Assembly (NCBI GenBank): GCA_902591925.1
Contig: CACJCN010000004.1
Location: forward strand, 15,854-79,853
DNA: 64,000 bases
Origin: an uncultured SAR86 cluster bacterium
GTDB taxonomy: Bacteria; Pseudomonadota; Gammaproteobacteria; Magnimaribacterales; D2472
Direction: 5' to 3'
How positions within the stretch are numbered: position 1 is the stretch's first letter; each line of letters starts with the position of its first letter. This document shows positions 7,875-17,461 of this stretch, piece after piece. Position numbers and translations under genes: made by a program. Below the pieces are notes generated by a model, which had not been told where the DNA came from, did no database searches, and saw only the letters and a list, made by a program, of their open reading frames with translations.

Positions 7875-9038
7875 ATGTCAAAATCTTCTAGAGAGGGAAT
7901 ATTTGGAATAACACTAACCGAATTAGTGATAATTTTATTTTTCATAATGCTCTTATTGGCTTTGTTTAACATTGAAAGAGTAAATGAAGAGCTTGAAGAA
8001 ACTCAAAAGCTTGTACCGGAGTCCTCCGAAGATATCATTCCAATGTCAACAATAATTACTTGGCTTTTCCCTGATGGCGAAATTGACTCAGATTTAGTAC
8101 CGGTAAAAGTCATTGAAGATGAAATTAGAGAACTACAAAAGGCTCAAAATGACTTTAAAAAATTAACTGAAGAATCATCTGAAGGTGATGGTGATTGTAG
8201 AGAGGGTTATTGGATCACGCAAAAATGCGCTGATCATTGTTGGGAAATTAATTCAGACGAGTATTCAAGACAATATGACTATTTAATTGATATTGGTGTA
8301 TGCAAATCTTCGGTTGTAGTTCAAAGGTCAAAATGGCTTCAAAAATCTGAATCTGATTTTTTGTTAGTTGACGGAGCATTAGCTTTAACTGAGCAAAAAT
8401 TTATGAAAGCATCTCAACTTTATGATTATTTAGATGTCATAAAGGAACCAGGATACGTACAACTTCCAAAACAGTGTTTTCATTCAGTTAATGTTATTGA
8501 TCTCGATGGGGTATCAGCAGCCAGATTTGACCCTATTGAACTAGCTATTGGCGATAGAGTAAACAGAAGACCGTTAACAAATCCTAATTCTCGATCTTAT
8601 TCAGAAATCAAGGAAAGATTTCCTCAAGATATCTGTGATATTTATTTAGAGGATGAAAAAGATACAAATAAAAATATATCTCAAAATCAACCAGATTCCT
8701 CAATTGAATCAGAAGCAAGCACTGTAAACATTGTTAGAGCAAAATTAGATTTAAATTCATTTGTTGACGCATTTACAGATGAATGTTCAAATTCACGGCC
8801 GACAAGAAATAAAAGTATTGTTCTTAATTATCAGGTTTCACTATCAAATACTGGAGAGGTTGTAGATGTTGAATCTCTTTCTGAAGACGAATTGATTAAC
8901 TCTTATCTTAAGAGATTAGACACTATGGCTACAAGAGCTCTAAGAAAATCTAAATTCACTCCTGAGTATCTCGAGGGAGTTCCGGTACCATCTAATTTAT
9001 TACAAAAAGTGCCTTTTGGTGAAAATGCTTGCAAATAA
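7875..9038 (+). CDS. MotB/ExbD/ZorB-like TM protein with Cys-rich region and TonB-C-like C-terminal domain
   Basis: TM GITLTELVIILFFIMLLLALF; C-terminus VLNYQVSLSNTGEVVDVESL..LDTMATRALRKSKFTPEYLEGVPVPSNLLQKVPF follows the TonB_C pattern. Confidence 0.6.
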   Translation: MSKSSREGIFGITLTELVIILFFIMLLLALFNIERVNEELEETQKLVPESSEDIIPMSTIITWLFPDGEIDSDLVPVKVIEDEIRELQKAQNDFKKLTEESSEGDGDCREGYWITQKCADHCWEINSDEYSRQYDYLIDIGVCKSSVVVQRSKWLQKSESDFLLVDGALALTEQKFMKASQLYDYLDVIKEPGYVQLPKQCFHSVNVIDLDGVSAARFDPIELAIGDRVNRRPLTNPNSRSYSEIKERFPQDICDIYLEDEKDTNKNISQNQPDSSIESEASTVNIVRAKLDLNSFVDAFTDECSNSRPTRNKSIVLNYQVSLSNTGEVVDVESLSEDELINSYLKRLDTMATRALRKSKFTPEYLEGVPVPSNLLQKVPFGENACK

Positions 9039-9050
9039 CTCTTTTACTTA

Positions 9051-9524
9051 TTGACTGTAATGCAAAAATTTGAAATAGATTTCGTAAATTTTTTAACAAA
9101 TAAGGAACCGGACTTTAATAATAGATTTCTTCAAGATATATGGGAATATTCTGATATTGAGATCGAACATACTCATGACTTTATTCAGATATTGTTTCCT
9201 CTTAACGAAGAAAGCAATGCGGTATCTCATGGCATATTTCTTGATTCTGAGGAAATTATAAGAAATATTAAAAATAATGAGGCTGTCAAAAATAATATTA
9301 TTAAATCATCAAAATGGTTCCTTTCATTTTTGGCTAGGAACTCACATTGGAAAAGAAAACATGATCATAACTATTTCAGAGTAACTAGAATTATTAAATC
9401 ATTAAGATTATTAGTATCTGATCAGGAAGCAAATAAATTTTATGAATCATTTATGCAACTTGTTGACGAAAATCTCAAATCAAAAATTAATTCAACAACA
9501 CTCACTTACTGGGAAAATGCTTAA
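9051..9524 (+). CDS. Opioid growth factor receptor (OGFr) conserved-domain protein
   Basis: EIEHTHDFIQILFPLNE.S and HNYFRVTRIIKSLRLL motifs. Confidence 0.75.
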   Translation: MTVMQKFEIDFVNFLTNKEPDFNNRFLQDIWEYSDIEIEHTHDFIQILFPLNEESNAVSHGIFLDSEEIIRNIKNNEAVKNNIIKSSKWFLSFLARNSHWKRKHDHNYFRVTRIIKSLRLLVSDQEANKFYESFMQLVDENLKSKINSTTLTYWENA

Positions 9525-9865
9525 TCACAAGAATCAAAATCAAAACAACTTACTCCATGTTCTTTTTCAAAAGCCCATTTTCGTAAATCATTATTTTTTT
9601 CTAATAATTGGTTAATTTGGTTTAAGTGTTCATTTAAAATCCTTTGTTGAAACCTCAGCTCAGCTCTCTTTTGTTTAGATTTATGAAAGCGTATTGCATG
9701 TTTTAATCTTAGAGCACTAAACTCTAACCTGCTCTCTAACTCCCTCAACATAAAATAAATGTCCCATACATGAAAGCTTATTTTGGTGAACTCTGATGAA
9801 TCTTTATACCATTTAGGCCACATACCGCCTCTTAAAGTTCGATACTTATTTAATTTTTTTATCAT
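9521..9865 (-). CDS. Hypothetical helical protein abutting umuC
   Basis: ATG immediately follows the umuC stop; 114-aa ORF. Confidence 0.55.
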   Translation of the reverse strand: MIKKLNKYRTLRGGMWPKWYKDSSEFTKISFHVWDIYFMLRELESRLEFSALRLKHAIRFHKSKQKRAELRFQQRILNEHLNQINQLLEKNNDLRKWAFEKEHGVSCFDFDSCD

Positions 9866-11128
9866 TTAATTTACCTTTGGTAAGTCATACCAATTAGTTG
9901 TGTATTTAGGTGAGGTCATGTTCTGTTTCATAGGCGACCACTTTTTTGTATTTTGTGATGCATAGTAAATCTGAGTTTCATAGGAATTCATTTGATCAAG
10001 ATATTTCATTAGTTTTGTATTTTGTTTAGGGTCATTGGGATCTTTAAACAAAGAATGTTGTTTAACGTGCTCGTTAGTAAATTTATTTAAGATTATTCCT
10101 GCTTTTGCATAATCATACCCAGGTCTGAAGATAGGCAATAATCCCTTTTTTGCCGCTGTAAGAATATCTCTAGTATCGTTTGTAGGTGTAATTAGTCCGA
10201 TTGTTCTCAGATCTGAGTGTTGAGGTTTATTTTTATTAAAAGGGCTGGTTCTTACAAAGACAGACACTTGAGAGCATTTTTGTCTTTCACTTCTTAACTT
10301 TTCTGCTGCTCTAACAGCAAAATTACTAACTATAGGTTTTAACGTTTCTAAATTAGAAACTCTTTCACCAAAGCTTCTACTCACAACAATTTGTTTTTTT
10401 GACGAAATGTCATCTTCAATATTAAGACATCTTTCACCCCTTAATTCCCGAACAGTTCTTTCCAAAACCACACTAAATTTTTTTCTAATATTTTGAGGAT
10501 TAACGTTTGCAAGATCTAACGCTGTATTGATACCAGCATTATTTAAGTGATCATTTAATCTTCTTCCAACTCCCCATACTTTGCCTACTGGAGTATGTTG
10601 CAAGGCAATTTCAATTTGTTTTCTATTTGATAGATCAATTACTGAGGTCGGTATATTTTTTCTTTTAATTTCATTTATAGCAATCTTACTTAAAGTTTTG
10701 TTTGGAGCTATTCCTATTCGAACTGGAATTCCTGTCCATTGCCTTACCAAAGATCTTATGTGACAACCAAAATCATATAAATTATAGTTTTGCTTCAAAG
10801 TGTCTAAGTCTAGAAAGGCCTCATCGATACTATATATTTCAACTCTTGGAACAAACCCCTCAAGAATATTCATTACTCTGGCCGATATATCTCCATAAAA
10901 TGTAAAATTTGATGAAAACACTTTTCCATTTTGCTTCAGAAAAGATTCTCTAACCTTAAACCATGGAACACCCATTGCGATTCCCATTTTTTTTGCTTCC
11001 GTACTTCTTGCTATAACACAGCCATCATTATTAGAAAGTACAACAATAGGAACGTTCTTTAGGTCTGGACGAAAAATTCTTTCACAGGAAGCATAAAAAC
11101 TTTCACAGTCAACAAGAGCAAAAGCCAT
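9866..11128 (-). CDS. umuC: DNA polymerase V subunit UmuC (Y-family)
   Basis: ALVDCESFYASCE, VVLSNNDGCVIARS, YSIDEAF, C-terminal SPKYTTNWYDLP. Confidence 0.95.
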   Translation of the reverse strand: MAFALVDCESFYASCERIFRPDLKNVPIVVLSNNDGCVIARSTEAKKMGIAMGVPWFKVRESFLKQNGKVFSSNFTFYGDISARVMNILEGFVPRVEIYSIDEAFLDLDTLKQNYNLYDFGCHIRSLVRQWTGIPVRIGIAPNKTLSKIAINEIKRKNIPTSVIDLSNRKQIEIALQHTPVGKVWGVGRRLNDHLNNAGINTALDLANVNPQNIRKKFSVVLERTVRELRGERCLNIEDDISSKKQIVVSRSFGERVSNLETLKPIVSNFAVRAAEKLRSERQKCSQVSVFVRTSPFNKNKPQHSDLRTIGLITPTNDTRDILTAAKKGLLPIFRPGYDYAKAGIILNKFTNEHVKQHSLFKDPNDPKQNTKLMKYLDQMNSYETQIYYASQNTKKWSPMKQNMTSPKYTTNWYDLPKVN

Positions 11129-11556
11129 TAGAATTTATTAATTGCTGCGGTTACAGTTCCTACTATTTCTAATTCTTGTCCGCTATTAATGAAGATAGGA
11201 GGGTACTCAGGATTTTCAGGCATTAAACACATTCTTGGTTTGAGCTTTAATCTTTTACATACAAATTCGCCATCTATAGTTGCTACCACAATACTGTTGT
11301 GAGAAGGCTTTATACTTCTATCGACGATCAAGACTGCTTGATCGGTAATGCCAGAACCAACCATGGATTGTCCCTGCGCTCTAACCAGAAAAGTTGCAGC
11401 ACCATTTTTTATTAGGTGTTTATTTAAGTCTATTGGACTTTCAATATAGTCGCTTGCCGGACTGGGGAATCCGGCATGGACTGATTCAAGAAAATAGGGC
11501 ACAAATATTGCCGGCAGATTTTCTTCAGAAATTTTTCCGATATAGTCAACTTTCAT
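11128..11556 (-). CDS. umuD: DNA polymerase V subunit UmuD (S24 peptidase)
   Basis: AGFPSPA cleavage site, GQSM catalytic Ser, VCKRL Lys; TAATG overlap with umuC. Confidence 0.95.
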   Translation of the reverse strand: MKVDYIGKISEENLPAIFVPYFLESVHAGFPSPASDYIESPIDLNKHLIKNGAATFLVRAQGQSMVGSGITDQAVLIVDRSIKPSHNSIVVATIDGEFVCKRLKLKPRMCLMPENPEYPPIFINSGQELEIVGTVTAAINKF

Positions 11557-11563
11557 GGGTTAA

Positions 11564-11583
11564 TACTGTATATATATACAGTA
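11564..11583. promoter_or_regulatory. LexA (SOS) box
   Basis: TACTGTATATATATACAGTA, a perfect match to the E. coli-type consensus, 8 nt upstream of the umuD ATG. Confidence 0.92.
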
Positions 11584-11607
11584 TATTTAAATCTAATTAT
11601 TTGTAAA
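11580..11607 (-). promoter_or_regulatory. Predicted sigma70 promoter of umuDC
   Basis: TTTACA (11607-11602), N16, TATACT (11585-11580); the -10 overlaps the LexA box. Confidence 0.6.
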
Positions 11608-11615
11608 GTAGTTAA

Positions 11616-12329
11616 TCAAGCAATAGAAAATCTTTCTAAATTATATGATTCATCGTCAAGACGAAGATACCAACCAAAGTCATCCCAATCGCCAAGAACA
11701 ATACGTTTTGAGGATGCATATTCATGAATATTAGGTCTGTGAGTGTGACCATGAATAAATATGTCAGGAGAGTAATCGTCAATAATTTTTTTGACCGATG
11801 ACTCGTTAACATCAGTGATTTCTATGGATTTATCTTGGGTTGCATCATTGCTATCACTTCTTAGTTTTGATGCAATTTCACTTCTTTCTTCAATTGACTT
11901 ACTCAAAAAATTATCTTGCCAGGCTTTATCTCTAACCTGATTTCTAAAATTAATGTAATCAACGTCATCAGTACACAAGAAGTCTCCATGACTTAAGAGA
12001 ACTTTTTTATTATGCATAGTTATTTCAAATGGATCGGGAAGAAGTTTAATACCAGTATCAGTCAAAAATTTCTCACTTATTAAAAAATCTCTATTACCAT
12101 GCATAAGAAAGGTATCTGGTCCATTAGTTGTAAACTTTAAAAGTTCAGATTTTATGTTGTTTATAAAACTTGTTTCATAATCATCACCAATCCAAACTTC
12201 AAATAGGTCTCCAAGAATAAAAAGTTGCGAGCAAGATTCTTTAGAATCTTTAAGAAAATTTATAAAAGCAGCAGATAGTTTATTATTACTTTCGCTTAAA
12301 TGTATGTCCGATATAAAAAAGGATGTCAT
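11616..12329 (-). CDS. lpxH: UDP-2,3-diacylglucosamine diphosphatase
   Basis: [41 protein letters not shown]; follows ppiB. Confidence 0.93.
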   Translation of the reverse strand: MTSFFISDIHLSESNNKLSAAFINFLKDSKESCSQLFILGDLFEVWIGDDYETSFINNIKSELLKFTTNGPDTFLMHGNRDFLISEKFLTDTGIKLLPDPFEITMHNKKVLLSHGDFLCTDDVDYINFRNQVRDKAWQDNFLSKSIEERSEIASKLRSDSNDATQDKSIEITDVNESSVKKIIDDYSPDIFIHGHTHRPNIHEYASSKRIVLGDWDDFGWYLRLDDESYNLERFSIA

Positions 12330-12934
12330 TCAGAGATAGTAACTGACTCAATAGTTATCACTTCTTCAGGAACATCTTGATAGGCTCCAGATGATCCAGT
12401 TGCAACTTCTGCTATTTGATCAACAACATCCATACCTTCAGTAACCATACCAAATACAGCATATCCCCATCCTTGAGATGTTTCACCAGTATGATTTAAA
12501 AATGCATTGTCCTTGTGATTAATAAAGAACTGACTTGTAGCTGAGTGTGGATCCATCGTTCTGGCCATTGCAATAGTACCTCTGTCATTTGGCAATCCAT
12601 TATTAGCTTCATTTTGTATAGGACCAGTTCCACTAGACTTATTACTCATATCAGCAGTTAATCCACCGCCTTGAATCATGAAACCATTTATAACTCTATG
12701 AAATATTGTTCCTTCATAATATCCACTTGAAGCAATAGTTTTAAAATTTTCAACTGTTATAGGTGCTTTATCGTCATTAAGTTCAAGTTGAATGTCTCCA
12801 ACAGATGTTTTTATTATTACTTGTGTCATTTTATTCTCCATAAGATTATTAGCTTCATCATTTTCAATAACATCCACACATGAGGTTAATGCGACTAAAA
12901 GAGGTATAAAGATTTTAAAGTTTCTAGTTTTCAA
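12326..12934 (-). CDS. ppiB: Cyclophilin-type peptidyl-prolyl isomerase with lipoprotein-like N-terminal extension
   Basis: [34 protein letters not shown]; ppiB-lpxH synteny; TTG start, lipobox LTSC. Confidence 0.88.
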   Translation of the reverse strand: MKTRNFKIFIPLLVALTSCVDVIENDEANNLMENKMTQVIIKTSVGDIQLELNDDKAPITVENFKTIASSGYYEGTIFHRVINGFMIQGGGLTADMSNKSSGTGPIQNEANNGLPNDRGTIAMARTMDPHSATSQFFINHKDNAFLNHTGETSQGWGYAVFGMVTEGMDVVDQIAEVATGSSGAYQDVPEEVITIESVTISE

Positions 12935-12968
12935 TGATTCGCCTTAGATATTAATATTGATTTTATCA

Positions 12969-14087
12969 TCAAAATTCATATTTCATCATGTAGTTTTTAA
13001 AACAGTCTTTAACTTTAGCTTCGTTTAAACCAAATTCTTCTATTGAATATGAATGCTTTTCTTTTTTTAACTTACTCTGATTTATTAGATAGTTTTTAAT
13101 TTTATTTTCGGTTTCAATATCCATATCAAATTCAAAGTTTTGGTATATATCTTTCAAAATGTTTAAAGGATCATCTATAAAATTGCTATAACTAATATCA
13201 ATGATTTGATCTGAGGAAAGGTTTTCTTTAGCTTGGATGCCTTTTTGAAGACTGTGTTGCCAAAAGTCTAAAATAACTTCACCAATTTGCTCTGGATTCA
13301 CATTCTTTGAGAAGGCAGATCTTATATTTTTTGCAAGGCTGCAAAAAGATGCTACCGATTCCATAGGATCTCTATGTATATTTATAAATTTTGCATTTGG
13401 ATAGGTGGTTAATATTTCTGGAATGTGGCCTATGTGACTTGGGTCTTTAAGTAACCATCTTTTAGGCCTTCCATTAATTTCTAGGACTTGAAAAAATCGT
13501 TTATGCCATTTAAAAACAGAATCAAAGCTACAGTCTTTTAGATACTCTACGTATTCAGGAACATTTGCCATACACATATAGACAAAACTTCTTACATTTA
13601 TGGTTGCAAGGAGTTCACATTCTTCTGGTGAGTTTGCTCTTATATGATGCATGTTTCTTAATTTAGGAATAATTGTTCTCGCAAACTTTAATTCAGCATT
13701 GATCTTCCATTCCCGTCTTTTAATATCAAATTTATTTTTAACTAGTGGCATCAAGGACATTATTTCCCAATATCTAGGAGACCTATGACTATTATCAAGA
13801 GCAAGTAAATTAAAAAGAAAAGTAGTGCCTGACCTTGGAAGGCCAGTTACAAAAACCGGATTAGCTGTTGAGGGGAGATCTCTGTCTTTTACAAAGTTAT
13901 ATAATTTACTTCTCATTTTCAGCCTATCTTTAAGCTGATTTTTAAATGCTATGGAACCAAAAAGATTAAATTCGTTATTTTTATTTGCTGAATTTATTAG
14001 AATTTCAAGTGGCTCAGTATAGTCATCCTCTCCAAGTTTTCCTTCGAGTCCATTTAGCATGCTTTTGACGCTTATTTTATTAATCAC
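12969..14087 (-). CDS. Sulfotransferase family protein
   Basis: VFVTGLPRSGTTFL (PAPS loop), WLLKDPSH, IHRDP.ESVAS. Confidence 0.85.
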   Translation of the reverse strand: MINKISVKSMLNGLEGKLGEDDYTEPLEILINSANKNNEFNLFGSIAFKNQLKDRLKMRSKLYNFVKDRDLPSTANPVFVTGLPRSGTTFLFNLLALDNSHRSPRYWEIMSLMPLVKNKFDIKRREWKINAELKFARTIIPKLRNMHHIRANSPEECELLATINVRSFVYMCMANVPEYVEYLKDCSFDSVFKWHKRFFQVLEINGRPKRWLLKDPSHIGHIPEILTTYPNAKFINIHRDPMESVASFCSLAKNIRSAFSKNVNPEQIGEVILDFWQHSLQKGIQAKENLSSDQIIDISYSNFIDDPLNILKDIYQNFEFDMDIETENKIKNYLINQSKLKKEKHSYSIEEFGLNEAKVKDCFKNYMMKYEF

Positions 14088-14148
14088 TTTTAAAATTATT
14101 TATAATAGATATAAGATAACTCTATATAAGCAAATCTACAATTTATCC

Positions 14149-14568
14149 ATGAATATTCTTTTTTTATGTGTTGGAAATTCTGCTAGAAGTCAGATCGCTG
14201 AAGGTCTTGCTGTTGATATGTTCGGTCACAATCATACTATTAAAAGTGCTGGGTCTGCTCCTGTTGGTGAAGTGCATCCTTGCGCTGTAAAAACGCTAAA
14301 AGATATTGGGATTGATATCAGCAGCAATAAGTCAAAATCTATAAATGATTTAGATAAAGATTTTTTGGATAACCTAGATTTTGCAATAACTTTATGTGCT
14401 GAGGAGATTTGTCCAGTTTTACCAACGGATGCTATTTCTTTACACTGGATAAATGAAGATCCCGCTATAAATAATTTAAACGATGTCCAATTAAATATGG
14501 CTTTTCAAAAAACTAGAGAAAATATTTATAATTTGATGAAAAAATTTATGATTGAGAATAATTTGTGA
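14149..14568 (+). CDS. arsC: Arsenate reductase ArsC / LMW-PTP family
   Basis: MNILFLCVGNSARSQIAEG (CX5R) and LCAEEICP Cys pair; start reset to ATG 14149. Confidence 0.75.
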   Translation: MNILFLCVGNSARSQIAEGLAVDMFGHNHTIKSAGSAPVGEVHPCAVKTLKDIGIDISSNKSKSINDLDKDFLDNLDFAITLCAEEICPVLPTDAISLHWINEDPAINNLNDVQLNMAFQKTRENIYNLMKKFMIENNL

Positions 14569-14575
14569 AGTTAAA

Positions 14576-14650
14576 TGGCTCCTCAGGTTGGGATCGAACC
14601 AACGACCAATTGATTAACAGTCAACTGCTCTACCGCTGAGCTACTGAGGA
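14576..14650 (-). tRNA. tRNA-Asn(GTT)
   Basis: TCCTCAGTAGCTCAGCGGTAGAGCAGTTGACTGTTAATCAATTGGTCGTTGGTTCGATCCCAACCTGAGGAGCCA; cloverleaf with CCA. Confidence 0.95.
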
Positions 14651-14695
14651 ACGCTAATAGCAGAGCATTATAAGTAATTTTTTATATATAAGTAA

Positions 14696-16705
14696 ATGAC
14701 AAAAACATTAAAGGTTGTATCTGATTTTGAGCCAGCTGGATCTCAGCCTGAAGCTATTAATAATTTAGTATCTGGGCTTGAGGATGGATTGCTGCATCAG
14801 ACTCTATTAGGTGTTACTGGATCTGGAAAAACTTACACTATGGCAAAAGTTATTGAGGAGACTCAGAGACCTGCAATTATAATGGCTCACAATAAAACCC
14901 TCGCTGCTCAGCTATATGGTGAATTTAGAGATTTTTTTCCAAATAATTCTGTAGAGTATTTTGTTTCTTATTATGACTATTATCAGCCAGAGGCTTATGT
15001 TCCAACATCTGATACATATATCGCAAAAGATGCTTCGATAAATGAGCATATCGAACAAATGAGACTTTCTGCAACTAAAGCTCTTATAGAAAGAAAAGAT
15101 ACTGTTGTAGTTGCAACTGTCTCATCAATTTATGGTTTAGGTGCACCTGAATCTTATCTAAAAATGGTTGTTCATCTTGATAGAGGAGATATGATTTCTC
15201 AACGTGATCTTGTTTTAAGATTATCTGCGCTTCAATATACAAGAAACGATTTAGATTTTAGGCGAGCAACCTTTAGAGTTAGAGGAGATACTATTGATGT
15301 TTATCCTGCTGACTCAGACAAGGAGGCATTAAGAATTGAATTTTTTGGTGATGAAATTGAAAAATTATCATGGTTTGATCCTCTTACAGGAGTCATTATT
15401 AGCGAGATTCCAAGAGTCACAATTTTTCCTAAAACTCATTACGTAACACCAAAAGATACAGTTACAAATTGTATTCCAGATATAAAAGATGAATTGAAAA
15501 CACGACTTAACTTTCTAAGAGACAATAATAAACTTGTTGAGGCTCAAAGATTAGAAGAGAGAACCAATTATGACATCGAAATGATGCGAGAGCTTGGTTA
15601 TTGTCAGGGTATTGAAAATTATTCAAGATATTTAAGTGGCAGAAAACCTGGAGAGTCGCCACCATGTTTATTTGATTATATTCCAAAGGATGCAATTGTT
15701 TTTATTGATGAATCGCATGTTTCTGTTCCACAAATAGGAGCAATGTATAAAGGTGACAGGTCAAGAAAAGAAACACTAGTTGAATATGGTTTTAGACTTC
15801 CATCAGCTTTAGATAACAGGCCATTAAAATTTGAGGAATGGGAAATGTTGGCACCGCAAAGAATTTATGTATCTGCCACTCCAAGTAAATATGAAAATGA
15901 GAAGCAAGATAATTTAGTCGAGTTGCTTGTAAGACCAACTGGCCTAACAGACCCTGAAGTAGAAATAAGACCTGCCTCGACACAAATTGATGATGTTATA
16001 GGTGAATGTAACGAGAGAGTTGCAATGAAAGAAAGAGTATTAGTGACCACTCTTACAAAAAGAATGGCAGAAGATTTAACAGATTATTTAAATGAAAATA
16101 ATATTTCTGCTAGATACATGCACTCTGATATAGACACAGTAGAGCGTGTTGAAATTATTAGAGATCTTAGATTGGGTAAATTTGATGTTCTTGTTGGCAT
16201 TAATTTATTAAGAGAGGGCTTAGATATTCCTGAGGTAAGTCTCGTTGCAGTTTTAGATGCAGATAAAGAGGGGTTTTTGAGATCTGATACTACTTTGATT
16301 CAAACAATAGGAAGAGCAGCAAGAAATTTGAGGGGGAAGGCTATTTTATATGCAGACAAGGTAACCGGATCAATGCAAAGGGCAATAGATGAAACAGATA
16401 GAAGAAGGTCCATTCAAGAAGAGTTCAATAACAAAAACAATATCACGCCAAAATCTATCTCAACAAAAGTTAAAGATATTATGGAAGGTGCAAGAATAAT
16501 TAAGGGAAATACCAAAAAGAAAAAAGAAGACATTGATAAAATTGTTACCTTTAAGATTAAGGATGATACTGTAGATAACATCACTGAGACTTTGCAAAAA
16601 TTAGAAGATGAGATGTTTGCTTTAGCAAAAAAAATGGAATTCGAAAAAGCTGCAGTTTGTAGAGATAAAATAACTTCGCTTAAAAGAAAGTTAATTGATC
16701 TTTAG
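14696..16705 (+). CDS. uvrB: Excinuclease ABC subunit B
   Basis: [39 protein letters not shown]-terminal UVR domain. Confidence 0.97.
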   Translation: MTKTLKVVSDFEPAGSQPEAINNLVSGLEDGLLHQTLLGVTGSGKTYTMAKVIEETQRPAIIMAHNKTLAAQLYGEFRDFFPNNSVEYFVSYYDYYQPEAYVPTSDTYIAKDASINEHIEQMRLSATKALIERKDTVVVATVSSIYGLGAPESYLKMVVHLDRGDMISQRDLVLRLSALQYTRNDLDFRRATFRVRGDTIDVYPADSDKEALRIEFFGDEIEKLSWFDPLTGVIISEIPRVTIFPKTHYVTPKDTVTNCIPDIKDELKTRLNFLRDNNKLVEAQRLEERTNYDIEMMRELGYCQGIENYSRYLSGRKPGESPPCLFDYIPKDAIVFIDESHVSVPQIGAMYKGDRSRKETLVEYGFRLPSALDNRPLKFEEWEMLAPQRIYVSATPSKYENEKQDNLVELLVRPTGLTDPEVEIRPASTQIDDVIGECNERVAMKERVLVTTLTKRMAEDLTDYLNENNISARYMHSDIDTVERVEIIRDLRLGKFDVLVGINLLREGLDIPEVSLVAVLDADKEGFLRSDTTLIQTIGRAARNLRGKAILYADKVTGSMQRAIDETDRRRSIQEEFNNKNNITPKSISTKVKDIMEGARIIKGNTKKKKEDIDKIVTFKIKDDTVDNITETLQKLEDEMFALAKKMEFEKAAVCRDKITSLKRKLIDL

Positions 16706-17393
16706 GATTAACACATGCATGAGCACTCATTAGTTGATAATAGCTCTTAACTCTATCAACATAATCTATTGCCTGTTGAGCCCTCGAGTAGGATCCGTTA
16801 TCCATCATATTAAGATCTTCTCCAGTAGTTACTTTGAGTTTTTCTTTTATATCCTCCCAAGTAACGTTTTCAATATTAGAATCTATTTGACCAGCTATTT
16901 TAATGATATTTGTTGGTCCAAGATTATAACTTGCCAATACAATTGATAATTTATCAGCTTCGGAGGGACCGATTTTATTTTTATTTTGAAGCATTGAAAA
17001 ATATTTTGCTCCGCCTTTAATATTTTGTTCAGGATTAAGTCTTTTTTCAACGCCTACTAAGGCTGCAGTCTCTAATGTAACCATCATCATACCTCTAACA
17101 CCCATATTAGATTTTGCTCTTGGATCCCATTGAGATTCTTGAAATGAGATTGCTGCTAAAAGATTTTTTTCAATATTTGTTTCTCTAGATGCAGATGCAA
17201 ACATCTCGTCGAATTGAGGATATCTATTTTCGAGTAAGTCTTTAAATTTATTTTTTTCAAAGTTGTTTAATGAAGACTCTTCATAAGAATTATTTAGAAT
17301 TTCTTCACAACTCATTTCTTTGTTAAAGAAAGAACAACCTACCAAAAAGACCGCAATGGCTGAAAATAAAAAAAATCTAAAGATATTCCCCAT
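16680..17393 (-). CDS. mltF: MltF-like lytic transglycosylase, SLT domain only, lipoprotein
   Basis: [41 protein letters not shown]; divergent from purL like mltF; lipobox LVGC. Confidence 0.7.
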   Translation of the reverse strand: MGNIFRFFLFSAIAVFLVGCSFFNKEMSCEEILNNSYEESSLNNFEKNKFKDLLENRYPQFDEMFASASRETNIEKNLLAAISFQESQWDPRAKSNMGVRGMMMVTLETAALVGVEKRLNPEQNIKGGAKYFSMLQNKNKIGPSEADKLSIVLASYNLGPTNIIKIAGQIDSNIENVTWEDIKEKLKVTTGEDLNMMDNGSYSRAQQAIDYVDRVKSYYQLMSAHACVNPKDQLTFF

Positions 17394-17461
17394 TTTTAAT
17401 TATTTAATTCATAAAGACTTTATAATTAGTATGTTATATACAATATTTCAGACTTAAAGAA

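Noticed and set aside
6783-9038. Calling the pair zorA/zorB or motA/motB outright
   Set aside because: No OmpA-like domain, no ZorC/D/E-like helicase or HNH gene, no flagellar genes; only fold-level resemblance is supported.
4109-11615. Prophage, ICE or transposon explaining the accessory region
   Set aside because: No integrase, transposase, relaxase or phage genes and no flanking att-like repeat found by eye.
14059-14148. Long N-terminal extension of arsC from the ORF track
   Set aside because: Overlaps the divergent sulfotransferase start; the family begins at MNILFLC (14149). The same logic applies to the extended starts at 2632, 21780, 30699 and 40654.
14651-14695. SOS box upstream of uvrB
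   Set aside because: No CTG-N10-CAG present.
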